Below the pieces are notes generated by a model. That model ran no database searches and was not told where the DNA came from. It saw only the letters and a list, made by a program, of their open reading frames with translations. DNA of 64,000 nt from a virus: IMG/VR virus record IMGVR_UViG_3300045988_154277; one strand, written 5' to 3'. The translations under genes were made by a program, and so were the position numbers. Shown here in pieces: positions 9,280-18,219 of the stretch. The number at the start of each line of letters is the position of its first letter. The first letter of the stretch is position 1.

Positions 9280-10146
9280 ATGGCTATTCAAATCTGTAAA
9301 CAATGCTGGGCCAACCCTTGTATCTGTGGAAATCAATTTAAAGATTCCACTACGGATCACATCCTTCTCCTGATGGAAGGATTGACCAAGATCCTGAAAC
9401 AGAGAGATGTTCCAATCGACATCAAAGTGGATGGCAAAGATATCAAAGAGCATCTTCTCAGCAAGAACCGTGGGTTGGGTTATACCAATGGAAGTACCCT
9501 TCTCTCTATCCTGGAGGAACAGAAGTTCCGGATCCCGAAAGTCTATCGAGATTACATCCAGTCGAAGACTTTGGCTTCGGAAGTATACTTCGATTTGAAG
9601 AACTCCTTATCTATCCCCCACAGGACAGCTTTTGCGGTCGTCTTGTACACAACTTCCCTTGTGTATACGGACAATTCTTTGCAGTATTTCTTCTACAACC
9701 TGTTGAACGACTCAACGTGCATCTTCTGCAATCCGAAGATGAAAGAGTTGATCCGCTATACAGATCCACATCCTGAGTTCTGCAAGAACCTCTATACGGC
9801 AACCCACCAGATCCACATCATCGTTCAAGAGAAACTGAAGAAAGAAGTCGACCTCGAATGGCTGATCGCATGGGGGATCTTAACCCGTATCGATACGTTC
9901 TTCAGAGGTGATCTTAACATCAAGTTCCAAGCGATGAAAGAGATCGTTGAGCTGATCGGTGGAGGACATAACTTCACGATCAATGATGTCTTCATGCAAC
10001 CGAAGGATATGGTCGATGTGATGGATCATCTCACCAGGAGAGATTACGAATGGTGTGAGATCGAAGATGATGATACTCTCCGTTACTTCTTCAACAAAGA
10101 GCAGATCAAACAGCCGTTCTTCGGTATGCTACCAGCACATGAATAA
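9280..10146 (+). CDS. Hypothetical protein with an N-terminal Cys cluster (CKQCWANPCIC)
   Basis: ORF with RBS AGGAGG, followed by a bidirectional terminator. Confidence 0.45.
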   Translation: MAIQICKQCWANPCICGNQFKDSTTDHILLLMEGLTKILKQRDVPIDIKVDGKDIKEHLLSKNRGLGYTNGSTLLSILEEQKFRIPKVYRDYIQSKTLASEVYFDLKNSLSIPHRTAFAVVLYTTSLVYTDNSLQYFFYNLLNDSTCIFCNPKMKELIRYTDPHPEFCKNLYTATHQIHIIVQEKLKKEVDLEWLIAWGILTRIDTFFRGDLNIKFQAMKEIVELIGGGHNFTINDVFMQPKDMVDVMDHLTRRDYEWCEIEDDDTLRYFFNKEQIKQPFFGMLPAHE

Positions 10147-10148
10147 AA

Positions 10149-10186
10149 CTATAGATACAGGGATGGTGCCATCCCTGTATCTATAG
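10149..10186. terminator. Bidirectional terminator (CTATAGATACAGGGATGG-tg-CCATCCCTGTATCTATAG)
   Basis: 18-bp perfect inverted repeat between convergent stops at 10146 and 10196. Confidence 0.6.
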
Positions 10187-10195
10187 AACATATGT

Positions 10196-11320
10196 TTACT
10201 CAGCGTCGTCTTTCGGTTCTTCTGAAAGATCCAGTCCAGCAAGCTGATCACCGATCACGTTGCTAAGAGACACCATCCCAGGACGACTGTCAAGGAAAGG
10301 ATCCTTGTGTTGTACCGGTTGTTTCTGCTTTGGAGGACGGTTCTGCTTCTTCTGCTGGGTGGGTTTCTGGGGACGAGACTGATGCTCCTGTTGGACAGGT
10401 TGTACTTCCCCAAGCACCGTATACGACCCACCGTTGTCCAGACCTTCCAGTCGACGAAGCTTCCGTTCTTTTGCACGCTTCTTCCGCTCTTCAGCAGCAG
10501 CGAGGATCTGTTCCGGAGTCTTGTCGGTCTTGGTCTTGTAGAAGTCCTGCAACACTCCGCAGATGTAGGTAAGCTTCTTCGTATCGTTATGAAGGAGCTT
10601 ATCGATATTCCGAAACACAGTTTTGATCGCAACAACCCCTTCTGGAAGCTTGTATGCGGGATCTGGTACGGTACGGAACAGACGGGCAGCTGCCTGCGGC
10701 AACAGGATCCGACCACCATCTCTCGTATGAACGGCTTTGTGACAAACAGAAGCGACGAGTTCATAAAGACGTTCCATGTGTCTGGAACGATCCTTTTCCG
10801 GAAGCTTGTTGAGTACTGATTTGTCACAGCAGAGCTCTTCATGGAACTCGGTTAAGACATCCACCAGAACATCATCATAGAAGCTGTTGCCTCCCTGAAG
10901 ATTACGGTTCATCAAATCACAGAACCAGGCGAAATCATCCTTTTTCATATTGAGCTTACGAAGGGACTCGATCCGTTCTCCTGTGATCTTCTTGCGAAGA
11001 GTAGCAGCACGGCGTTCCGCTCTCTGACTGCGAACTTCTTCTTTCTCATTGCCGGGAAGGAGAGCGAGGATGATCGCCTCTGCGCACTTGGCTTTGGTGG
11101 GAAACCGTTTGTTACTGATGAACTTGTTGGTCTTGGGAACGAACAGTTCCACATGGTAGTTACCACGACCGTTGTATTTGCGATGAGTTTGGATCTCGAT
11201 CCCACGGAACATCACGATCCCTCTCTGCCAGATCACTTCGCCTTTTTCGTTGTACTGGGTTTTGAGGATCTTCTCGTTCTTGACGGCGTCATTCCAATCG
11301 TTGAAAAACTGAGTAAACAT
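10196..11320 (-). CDS. Hypothetical basic protein with a K/R/Q-rich C-terminal tail; possible DNA-binding partner of the upstream tubulin-like gene
   Basis: RBS AAGGA. Low-complexity basic tail (RKKRAKERKLRR...QKPTQQKKQNRPPKQKQ). Its promoter region carries a long palindrome. Confidence 0.4.
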   Translation of the reverse strand: MFTQFFNDWNDAVKNEKILKTQYNEKGEVIWQRGIVMFRGIEIQTHRKYNGRGNYHVELFVPKTNKFISNKRFPTKAKCAEAIILALLPGNEKEEVRSQRAERRAATLRKKITGERIESLRKLNMKKDDFAWFCDLMNRNLQGGNSFYDDVLVDVLTEFHEELCCDKSVLNKLPEKDRSRHMERLYELVASVCHKAVHTRDGGRILLPQAAARLFRTVPDPAYKLPEGVVAIKTVFRNIDKLLHNDTKKLTYICGVLQDFYKTKTDKTPEQILAAAEERKKRAKERKLRRLEGLDNGGSYTVLGEVQPVQQEHQSRPQKPTQQKKQNRPPKQKQPVQHKDPFLDSRPGMVSLSNVIGDQLAGLDLSEEPKDDAE

Positions 11321-11330
11321 GTAAGTGTCC

Positions 11331-11365
11331 TTGACTTGTCAACCTGGGTGATATATCACCCAGGT
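11331..11365. promoter_or_regulatory. Palindromic operator-like element (TTGACTTGTCAA followed by ACCTGGGTGATATATCACCCAGGT) over a sigma70-like promoter for the 10196..11320 gene
   Basis: 12+12-bp perfect palindrome. On the minus strand it reads TTCACA, then a 17-nt spacer, then ATATAT. Confidence 0.45.
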
Positions 11366-11399
11366 GATACTGTTGTGAATTGTTTAGACGTATGGTTGA

Positions 11400-12458
11400 T
11401 CAGATGATCAACCCTGCGGCAGTATCATTGCCAGATCCTGCCAGATCTTTGTTGCTGTGATCCTTCTGGATCGTGTTTTCTTGATAACGTTCTCTGGTTT
11501 CGTTCAGGAAGTTGATAAGCTCCTGAGGAACCGTCTTACCGATCGCCGAGAAGAAACGTTTCTCTTCAGCGATACCGACACAGGTGAATGCGGTGAGTAC
11601 ATCCGGAGTCAAACCGGTATCGTTCACCACCATGCAGGCGTGAAGAACATCTCCAACACCGATCACACTGTCATCTTCTCCTGCCAAGTCTTCAGCCTGA
11701 TCGCTATTGGTAGCGGTGACAGACAAAAGATAAAGTCCTGCAGGGCAGTTCATTGTGGTAGGACGCAGATAGTGCATCTTGTCGTTGTAGTCGATCTCCT
11801 CGATCTCTTTGGAGGTGAGAAGGTCGATCATTTCGATCGTTCTCTGAGCCGCTGTCTTATTGACAGCGAATCGTCCAACACCATGGTTGTTGAAAAGCAT
11901 CAATGGGAAATAATGTCCGTTCTTCTCAGCAGAGGATGCGAACGAACGAATCGTATTGATACTGTTGATGCAATCTCTCTCAGAGGAAGCATCCACAACA
12001 CCAACCAGGACTACACAACGATTGCTGTTGCGAAGGATCCTGTGCGCAAGCAGAGGGGCGATCACAGAACCAGATCCACCTGCCAAACTGAACAGGATGA
12101 ATGTGATGTCAGATGCTTGCTTGAACAGATCCGGATGGGTATCGATATACTTCTGGATCGCATCGAGGTTCTTACCACGGTCTTTCCCGGAGCCAAGCTC
12201 ACCGATCGCATCGAACGGGATCTCCTGTGGGATCCCACTGACGTTGGATGCCGAGGTATCGATCACTCGATAGTCGATCTTCGCATCGAACTGTGGGTTG
12301 CATTTGAGGATCGCTTTGAGGATGTTCTGACCACATCCTCCAGCAGCGATTACCTGAACGGTTGGTTGTTTTACCGTGGGGTTCATCACCTTCTGTTCGT
12401 CCTTGAGATCGGACAGATCAGAGAGGTTCGGAGCAGCATACGAAGGTTTCTGCGCCAT
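11400..12458 (-). CDS. Tubulin/FtsZ-like GTPase (PhuZ/TubZ-like)
   Basis: T1-like loop VIAAGGCGQNILK and T4-like loop SLAGGSGSV (compare with GGGTG[ST]G). Size is about 350 aa. RBS AAGGAG. Confidence 0.5.
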   Translation of the reverse strand: MAQKPSYAAPNLSDLSDLKDEQKVMNPTVKQPTVQVIAAGGCGQNILKAILKCNPQFDAKIDYRVIDTSASNVSGIPQEIPFDAIGELGSGKDRGKNLDAIQKYIDTHPDLFKQASDITFILFSLAGGSGSVIAPLLAHRILRNSNRCVVLVGVVDASSERDCINSINTIRSFASSAEKNGHYFPLMLFNNHGVGRFAVNKTAAQRTIEMIDLLTSKEIEEIDYNDKMHYLRPTTMNCPAGLYLLSVTATNSDQAEDLAGEDDSVIGVGDVLHACMVVNDTGLTPDVLTAFTCVGIAEEKRFFSAIGKTVPQELINFLNETRERYQENTIQKDHSNKDLAGSGNDTAAGLII

Positions 12459-12513
12459 ATCATTCTCCTTATGTTAGTTGACGAGTTGAGACATATCATC
12501 TATACGCGTAGCA

Positions 12514-12541
12514 TAAACATATATTCCAGAGAGGAGCATAC
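12514..12541. terminator. Hairpin TTCCAGAGAGG-agcata-CCTCTCTGGAA downstream of paralog A
   Basis: 11-bp perfect stem. A degenerate CGTATAGAT box follows on the minus strand. Confidence 0.45.
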
Positions 12542-12558
12542 CTCTCTGGAATACAACG

Positions 12559-13926
12559 TTATTTGGATGTTTGTCTCTTATACTCAGCTTCTACAGCTTG
12601 GATGATCTTCTTAGCCCAGGCTCGATCTGCATTTGTGATAACATACTTGTTAGCAGCATTTCTGGCTCTAGATTCTTGCACACGATCTGGGTAAGCAACA
12701 CCACTTTTGTTAGAGTCAAATGGAAGATCATGTTGACTATCCCATAGATGTTTACATTCATGCACGACAGTGTGTATGAACCAATCTTCTTTCGAAGTAT
12801 TATAATTGGATACGAATGCATAAGTCCACCTAGCTATCCACGATAGCAAGTATGTTGCATTTATCCAAAGATTATAACCTTTTAAAGTATTATCGGTGTA
12901 ACACCATCCACCAACTGTCGATATCGTTTCATCTACTGGGTTAGCCCATGCGGATGGCGATACATTTGTTACGACAACAACACCTAGATTCAATGATCCA
13001 CCAAAATAAGACTCCAATCTATTCCTTGTGCCTAAATCAAAAGGGAACATCATGTGGATATGGATCTTTGATCCAGAATAGATCAGGTGTAAGTTTTTCA
13101 AATGATCAGCCAATATGTTTAGTTGATCATACACACGATCTATAACTGTAAACAAAAAGCTTACATACTCTTTGACAGACGTGATATCTTGTATGTTACA
13201 ACCAACACCGTGTAGTATGGGAGCTATGGTTTTACCAAAATCAATTAAGTTTGTAACACATACGGATTCAAACTCGTTACGGTTGTTTTCAGTTAGAGAA
13301 GTAAACCGATCAATATCCTGTCTAAACGATGTCAATATGGATGTGCATTTATCTAAGATATCCAATCTTACATGAAGGTATTCTTGTACCAATTCAGCGT
13401 GTGCTTTTACTCGAGCTCTAGTATACACAAACTCACCGTCTTCATCACTTAACAACCGTTTTAATTGAGCAGTAATATCCTCTATATCGTGAAGTACATC
13501 TCGCTCTGTTATAAATCGAGTCCTTATTGGATTGTCGTGTATTTTACCCAATGTCATTTCTATTTTGTTTAAGTTCTGTTTAAGGTATATTTCCCCATTC
13601 GGATCCGATGTAGAAAACATGGCTGTTAACTTAACTTTGATCAATTGATACGTGCGTATTAACCAAGATAACATTTTCTTGAGAATGTCCTTTAACCACG
13701 CAACGAACTGCTGAATAGCGTTCTTAGCCGCATCCATCAGGTTTTCACAGGCAAACATGTGTTCTATTACGGCTAGGTCTTGATTTGAACACGTTAACAA
13801 CGTAACAGCATTCTCATATGCATCTAATCCAGATTGAATCATATTAAACAACAACGCCTTATCAGCTAGTTGTGTTTTATACTCGTTGTATGCTAAACAA
13901 TCGTGGTATATCGTATCTACGTTCAT
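12559..13926 (-). CDS. HExxH paralog family, large member A (putative zinc-metallopeptidase-like)
   Basis: VVHECKHLWDSQHD and a C-terminal DRAWAKKIIQAVEAEYKRQ stretch, both shared with 21707.., 27944.. and 26192... Conserved N-terminal AYENA...WLKD. I moved the start to the Met that has GGAGA upstream. Confidence 0.55.
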   Translation of the reverse strand: MNVDTIYHDCLAYNEYKTQLADKALLFNMIQSGLDAYENAVTLLTCSNQDLAVIEHMFACENLMDAAKNAIQQFVAWLKDILKKMLSWLIRTYQLIKVKLTAMFSTSDPNGEIYLKQNLNKIEMTLGKIHDNPIRTRFITERDVLHDIEDITAQLKRLLSDEDGEFVYTRARVKAHAELVQEYLHVRLDILDKCTSILTSFRQDIDRFTSLTENNRNEFESVCVTNLIDFGKTIAPILHGVGCNIQDITSVKEYVSFLFTVIDRVYDQLNILADHLKNLHLIYSGSKIHIHMMFPFDLGTRNRLESYFGGSLNLGVVVVTNVSPSAWANPVDETISTVGGWCYTDNTLKGYNLWINATYLLSWIARWTYAFVSNYNTSKEDWFIHTVVHECKHLWDSQHDLPFDSNKSGVAYPDRVQESRARNAANKYVITNADRAWAKKIIQAVEAEYKRQTSK

Positions 13927-13947
13927 GGTGTTCTCCAATCTATAATG

Positions 13948-13982
13948 TGCTATGAGAGAGATCACATATCTCTCTCATAGCA
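13948..13982 (-). promoter_or_regulatory. Hairpin (TGCTATGAGAGAGAT-cac-ATATCTCTCTCATAGCA) between small gene A and large gene A
   Basis: About 15-bp perfect stem inside the cassette, in the same position as the poly-G/C hairpins of cassettes B and D. Confidence 0.4.
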
Positions 13983-13983
13983 T

Positions 13984-14298
13984 TTAGAGTAAACGATCAA
14001 CTACGGATCTCTGGTCTGGCCTCAATTGACTGTAGTTAAAACACCAATAGAGATTTGCATCGTATCTATCTACAAGTACAATTAAATCCCTTGACCAATA
14101 AAAATATTCAACAGAGTGATTCGTAATAATAGAGTCAAAACGAACTGGTGTAGCACATTTGGGTTCTTGTATTGCTGAACTCAGTGTATGATACAACTGC
14201 AGTAACCAAGGCTGTGTTTTTCCAGACAACAGCTCTGTTGATGATCGATATCGGTCATTTGGTGGGTCCTCTGGTGGACAATAATACCAGTTAGTCAT
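13984..14298 (-). CDS. Small partner protein A of the cassette (about 100 aa, C-terminal L.xDQ motif)
   Basis: C-terminus QLRPDQRSVVDRLL resembles CLRDDQVERLEEL, LSPDQQAYVDD and LRKDQLTSDQLDYI of small B, C and D. Confidence 0.45.
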   Translation of the reverse strand: MTNWYYCPPEDPPNDRYRSSTELLSGKTQPWLLQLYHTLSSAIQEPKCATPVRFDSIITNHSVEYFYWSRDLIVLVDRYDANLYWCFNYSQLRPDQRSVVDRLL

Positions 14299-14303
14299 CA
14301 CAT

Positions 14304-14663
14304 TTACTTCTTCTGTGAATTCATCATCGAATCAAGCATCTCGCTGAAGTTGTTACAGACTTCTTTCCATACGAACCCAAGGAACGACTCACCACTTCCA
14401 CTGGATTTCGGTTTCCTGGATCTGGCTTTCTTCTTGGCAGCCAACAGATATATCGCTGGGTCTACTTTAGGAAGCTCGATCTCACTGAACTCCACTTCGT
14501 GACGACAGCAAGGACAGATCCAGACTTGCTTATTGTACGGGTCCATCTCGGTCCCACACTCAGGACACTTCGGTCCGAACTCACGATTACACTTACAGCA
14601 CATGTAGTCTTCGTTGAACAACACGAAGTCACGGCATCCACATTCTGGGCAACGAACATCCAT
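14304..14663 (-). CDS. Multi-CxxC zinc-ribbon protein
   Basis: CPECGC...CCKC...CPECG...CPCCRH. RBS AAGGAGA. Its stop abuts the start of small gene A. Confidence 0.5.
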   Translation of the reverse strand: MDVRCPECGCRDFVLFNEDYMCCKCNREFGPKCPECGTEMDPYNKQVWICPCCRHEVEFSEIELPKVDPAIYLLAAKKKARSRKPKSSGSGESFLGFVWKEVCNNFSEMLDSMMNSQKK

Positions 14664-14786
14664 AATCATTCTCCTTCTTTTAGTTGGTTGTTGCATAGTA
14701 TCTGCTTATCACTACTATTTGAAATATACCGTCCTCTCCTAAGCATGGTATGCCATTCGTACAGTATAACAAGATAGGAGACTATC

Positions 14787-15734
14787 ATGGTCGATTTAAA
14801 CGTATTGAAACCATCCAAGCCTCGTGAACAAGAGGAGAGGATCGAGGATCTGTGTACCTTAGTTTGCACATCCTACGATACTGCCAATATCGAGGACATG
14901 GTTGCATTGGAAGAGGAGCTTTCTACTCTATTTCAATATTTGAAATTGGACACACTAACTCCCCTGGCTTTGGAAGATCTTCATAAAGTCGGTATCCTCA
15001 GTGAAGAAGCGGTGGATATAGTGAAGATCCGAAAGGGTATCGTCAGTTCTGCCAAAAGCGTTGGGAACAGTCTTGCCAAGTTCGCTGCTTGGGTTCATAA
15101 CACTTTGCAGAACAAGACCGTCACAGAGAAGTACATCTTGAAACGATTCGCGAAGTTAGAACAGACATTATCTACCGCTGAAACCTCCCGTGGATACGTG
15201 AAAGATGTTCCCACCTATGACGTTGTACAGAAGCGGCTTGTCGGTATCCTACAGGTCTGTGATTTCATCAAAGAGCTATCCTCTCAACAGGATACCACAG
15301 GTGGTTACAACGATGGAATCTTCGAGAAAGTAGCTTTGGTATCCAATGGAGTGTTGAAGTTGACAGCTCCTTATTCAGAGTCTACTTATCGGAATCTGGA
15401 ATGGTCGAAGCCAACCTTGTCCAGCTATGAAGTTCTCAAGTCTCCTTGGAACAACTCCAATAACTTGCAGAAACTGAGAAACTTGGTAATCGAAGCCAAG
15501 TATGAATCTCTGGAAGATCTTGCAACAGCAGCTAAGGTATTAGCGAAACGATGCAGTAAATTCAGGGAAGAGACTGCTTATGCTGCCCCTGATTACAACG
15601 AAGTAGCGAATACTTACAACGCTGCTTACGTGATCAACAAGATGGTCAAGCAGATCAACCAAGCGATCAACAAAGAGATCAACACTCTTGTGATCTCGTA
15701 TATCACCCACCTTATCAACTATACAACCATTTGA
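14787..15734 (+). CDS. Hypothetical protein
   Basis: ORF with RBS GGAGA, divergent from the zinc-ribbon gene. Confidence 0.45.
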   Translation: MVDLNVLKPSKPREQEERIEDLCTLVCTSYDTANIEDMVALEEELSTLFQYLKLDTLTPLALEDLHKVGILSEEAVDIVKIRKGIVSSAKSVGNSLAKFAAWVHNTLQNKTVTEKYILKRFAKLEQTLSTAETSRGYVKDVPTYDVVQKRLVGILQVCDFIKELSSQQDTTGGYNDGIFEKVALVSNGVLKLTAPYSESTYRNLEWSKPTLSSYEVLKSPWNNSNNLQKLRNLVIEAKYESLEDLATAAKVLAKRCSKFREETAYAAPDYNEVANTYNAAYVINKMVKQINQAINKEINTLVISYITHLINYTTI

Positions 15735-15746
15735 GGTATTACAACT

Positions 15747-16775
15747 ATGGCACTCTCAGCTATCCTGTTCTATACGAACAAGGTTTATCCTAAAGATATC
15801 GTTCTCGACAAAAACACGATCCCGGATGATCCCAATGAACGATTGAAAGACAAAGTCTTCATGTCTGTCGTGTTCACCGTGAAGCACTTCTGTGAATACA
15901 AAGACTTCGTCGTTCCTGAGACAACATTCAAAGATGATTTGAAATGCACCAAAGAACAGATGGAGAAGATCCTGAAGTCGTTGTCAGACAAGTTCAATGT
16001 GACGTTCGACAAACATTGGTTCGGTACAGTACAGGATCTTACGATCTACGTAAAGGACCATCAGGCGAAGAAGTCCGAAGAGTCATTGTTGGATGTTGCA
16101 ATAGTTGTCGGAGGTGCTGTTCTCATCGCAAGTGCTGCGTCCGCATTGTGGAATAAGATCTTTAAGAACGATGATTCCAAGTATTACGTTGATCTTGATG
16201 AATGGGATAAGTTTAAGAAAGAGTATGCTAAGATATGCGATATTATTCTTAAACATGCGAAGGATGATCCTTTCTTCTCAAAAGAACAACACAAAACATA
16301 TACAGTTGATGAAGGCATTGCCATTTACCAGATGATCATCCAACGATTTGAAGCGTTCCTGAAACTTCCGCATAAGAAAGCAGATGAATCACGTGAAGAA
16401 TATCAAAGACGCCTGCTTGACACCATGCGTAGTTTGAAATACGACGATCCCGATACATTCTACAAGAAACTCCCGCAGCGTAAACCACATACTTACATCG
16501 AAGCTCAGTACTTCGATATCGCAAAAGTTGATAAGTGCATCAAAATGCTTGGTACCATTGATGGAATGTATTCTCAAATGGAAAAGCATGAAGAGAGTAT
16601 CTGCGCAGACAACGATGCAAATCGTGTGTGGTTCGATCTGCGTCTTGGAGGAGAACAAGACTTTTCTGAATCATTCGATTCTTATACATTCGGAGCAGAC
16701 TTCAGAAGCAATGTTCCTCGTATCCTGAAATACGTAAAAGAACAACTTGAACAAGCGAAGAAACAATCCAAGTGA
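15747..16775 (+). CDS. Hypothetical protein with one predicted TM helix
   Basis: Hydrophobic segment LLDVAIVVGGAVLIASAASALW. Followed by a terminator. Confidence 0.45.
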   Translation: MALSAILFYTNKVYPKDIVLDKNTIPDDPNERLKDKVFMSVVFTVKHFCEYKDFVVPETTFKDDLKCTKEQMEKILKSLSDKFNVTFDKHWFGTVQDLTIYVKDHQAKKSEESLLDVAIVVGGAVLIASAASALWNKIFKNDDSKYYVDLDEWDKFKKEYAKICDIILKHAKDDPFFSKEQHKTYTVDEGIAIYQMIIQRFEAFLKLPHKKADESREEYQRRLLDTMRSLKYDDPDTFYKKLPQRKPHTYIEAQYFDIAKVDKCIKMLGTIDGMYSQMEKHEESICADNDANRVWFDLRLGGEQDFSESFDSYTFGADFRSNVPRILKYVKEQLEQAKKQSK

Positions 16776-16780
16776 ATATA

Positions 16781-16820
16781 CCAGTAAGGATAGTGAGGAT
16801 GACTCACTATCCTTACTGGT
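16781..16820. terminator. Bidirectional terminator (CCAGTAAGGATAGTGAG-gatg-ACTCACTATCCTTACTGG)
   Basis: 18-bp perfect inverted repeat between convergent genes. Confidence 0.6.
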
Positions 16821-16823
16821 GTC

Positions 16824-17591
16824 TTATTGAGGTTGGATGCTGTTCAACCGATCAGCCAGTCCTTTACCGAAGAGGATAACACACTGTTGATCTTCCATCA
16901 ACTGGTCGTATTCCGTCTTGGTAAGGAGACCGCACGATGTGAACTGCATGTAGATCTGCTTGAACAGATCCAATTGCTGAGTGATGCCAGCAACACCATC
17001 GAGATGTGCTCCAGCAGCGAACACGCTCGGAGGAGAGATCTCACAGAACATGTTGTCCGAGATCGTCTTCTCACATGGAAGGGTAAGGAAGAGTGCACCT
17101 CCAGTGCAGAGGATATAAGGACCGTGGATCCTGGTCCTCTTGCACAATGCAACATCTTTTAGTTTCTTCTGAAGGATGTTGTACATCCCAACCGCGAAGA
17201 ACTCATCGATGTAAGAAGGCGCCCAGATCTCCAAGTAATCGTTGGATGTTACCTGATCCAGCAACAAGATGAACTCGTTCATCATCTCATTACCGATCAT
17301 AGGGTGGCACATGTTCACCGTGTTCAGATAGAACGTCCATTTCACAACGGAAGCATCGTCTTCCTCGACTACCAGCCTTTCGAATGGGAGATTGCGACAT
17401 GTCGTTCTTGGTATATTCTGACCTTCTACTGGTTGATCACAGTTTTGATTCGGAACCATAGCTTCTGCACTATAGGATTCCAAACTCGACTGAGGGAAGA
17501 CTTTGGTATCATCCTGGGCATCCACAACCAGAGTAGCACCAGGAAGTGCAGACAACTTATCTTCCGTACGCTTTACGAAATCAAGCTTCAT
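16824..17591 (-). CDS. Hypothetical protein (last gene of the protease operon)
   Basis: I moved the start to the internal Met, which is preceded by GGAGGTG and overlaps the ClpP stop. Confidence 0.45.
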   Translation of the reverse strand: MKLDFVKRTEDKLSALPGATLVVDAQDDTKVFPQSSLESYSAEAMVPNQNCDQPVEGQNIPRTTCRNLPFERLVVEEDDASVVKWTFYLNTVNMCHPMIGNEMMNEFILLLDQVTSNDYLEIWAPSYIDEFFAVGMYNILQKKLKDVALCKRTRIHGPYILCTGGALFLTLPCEKTISDNMFCEISPPSVFAAGAHLDGVAGITQQLDLFKQIYMQFTSCGLLTKTEYDQLMEDQQCVILFGKGLADRLNSIQPQ

Positions 17592-18219
17592 ACCGCACCT
17601 CCATAACTCTCTGTTTTTCTGATGGAGTATCTTCCATAGCAGCCAACCGTTCATTCACGGTGACACCACTCAGATATACATCTTTCCTGTGGTTTACAAC
17701 ATTCTCAATGTCTTCCACAGTGAGGATCCCTCTGGTGATCCGTGTCAGAAGTCCTGTGAAGTAATTGCAAAGACCCGTTGTCTGGTCTTTCACATCCATC
17801 GATTTACCGAAGTATCCGCCTGATGGCATATGGAACATCAGTGTAGCCATGGGAGAGATCCTCCTCACCTTGCCACCGCACCAGATCACAGCAGCGATAG
17901 ATGCACACATCCCGATCGCATCGGTGATGATCTGTCCTTTGGAGTTCTGGATCGCATGGAAGATGTCGATACCAGTTTCCACCCAACCTCCATTCGAGCA
18001 AAGATAGATCGTCATCTCATCTGTCTCACGAAGGTTCATGATCGTGTGAATCAGTTCCAAATAAGGATCCGGCATGATCACTTCTTGATCCAAGAACACG
18101 GTGTACTTGCAAGAACCGTCTTCCATAGTCTTGCCGCAGATCTTACCGCTCTGTCCTGGTTTCAAAGACAGGAAAGTAGCGATCCTGGCGTTGTTCTCTT
18201 GTGGTTGTTCCATACTCAC
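17581..18219 (-). CDS. ClpP-family (S14) serine protease; possible prohead maturation protease
   Basis: IYLCSNGGWVETG...GMCASIAAVIWCGG...MFHMPSGG aligns with ClpP IYLYINSPGGVITAG...GQAASMGAFLL...MIHQPLGG (Ser and His sites). Confidence 0.75.
   Translation of the reverse strand: MSMEQPQENNARIATFLSLKPGQSGKICGKTMEDGSCKYTVFLDQEVIMPDPYLELIHTIMNLRETDEMTIYLCSNGGWVETGIDIFHAIQNSKGQIITDAIGMCASIAAVIWCGGKVRRISPMATLMFHMPSGGYFGKSMDVKDQTTGLCNYFTGLLTRITRGILTVEDIENVVNHRKDVYLSGVTVNERLAAMEDTPSEKQRVMEVRYEA

Noticed and set aside
10255-10842. Overlapping alternative-frame ORFs (10255..10842 -, 10307..10819 +, 10330..10572 +) within the 10196..11320 gene
   Set aside because: Frame shadows of the main ORF. Only the 374-aa frame has an RBS and a promoter-proximal start.
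11457-12605. 382-aa + strand ORF overlapping the tubulin-like gene
   Set aside because: It is antisense to a gene with clear GTPase loops and a strong RBS, and has no start context of its own.
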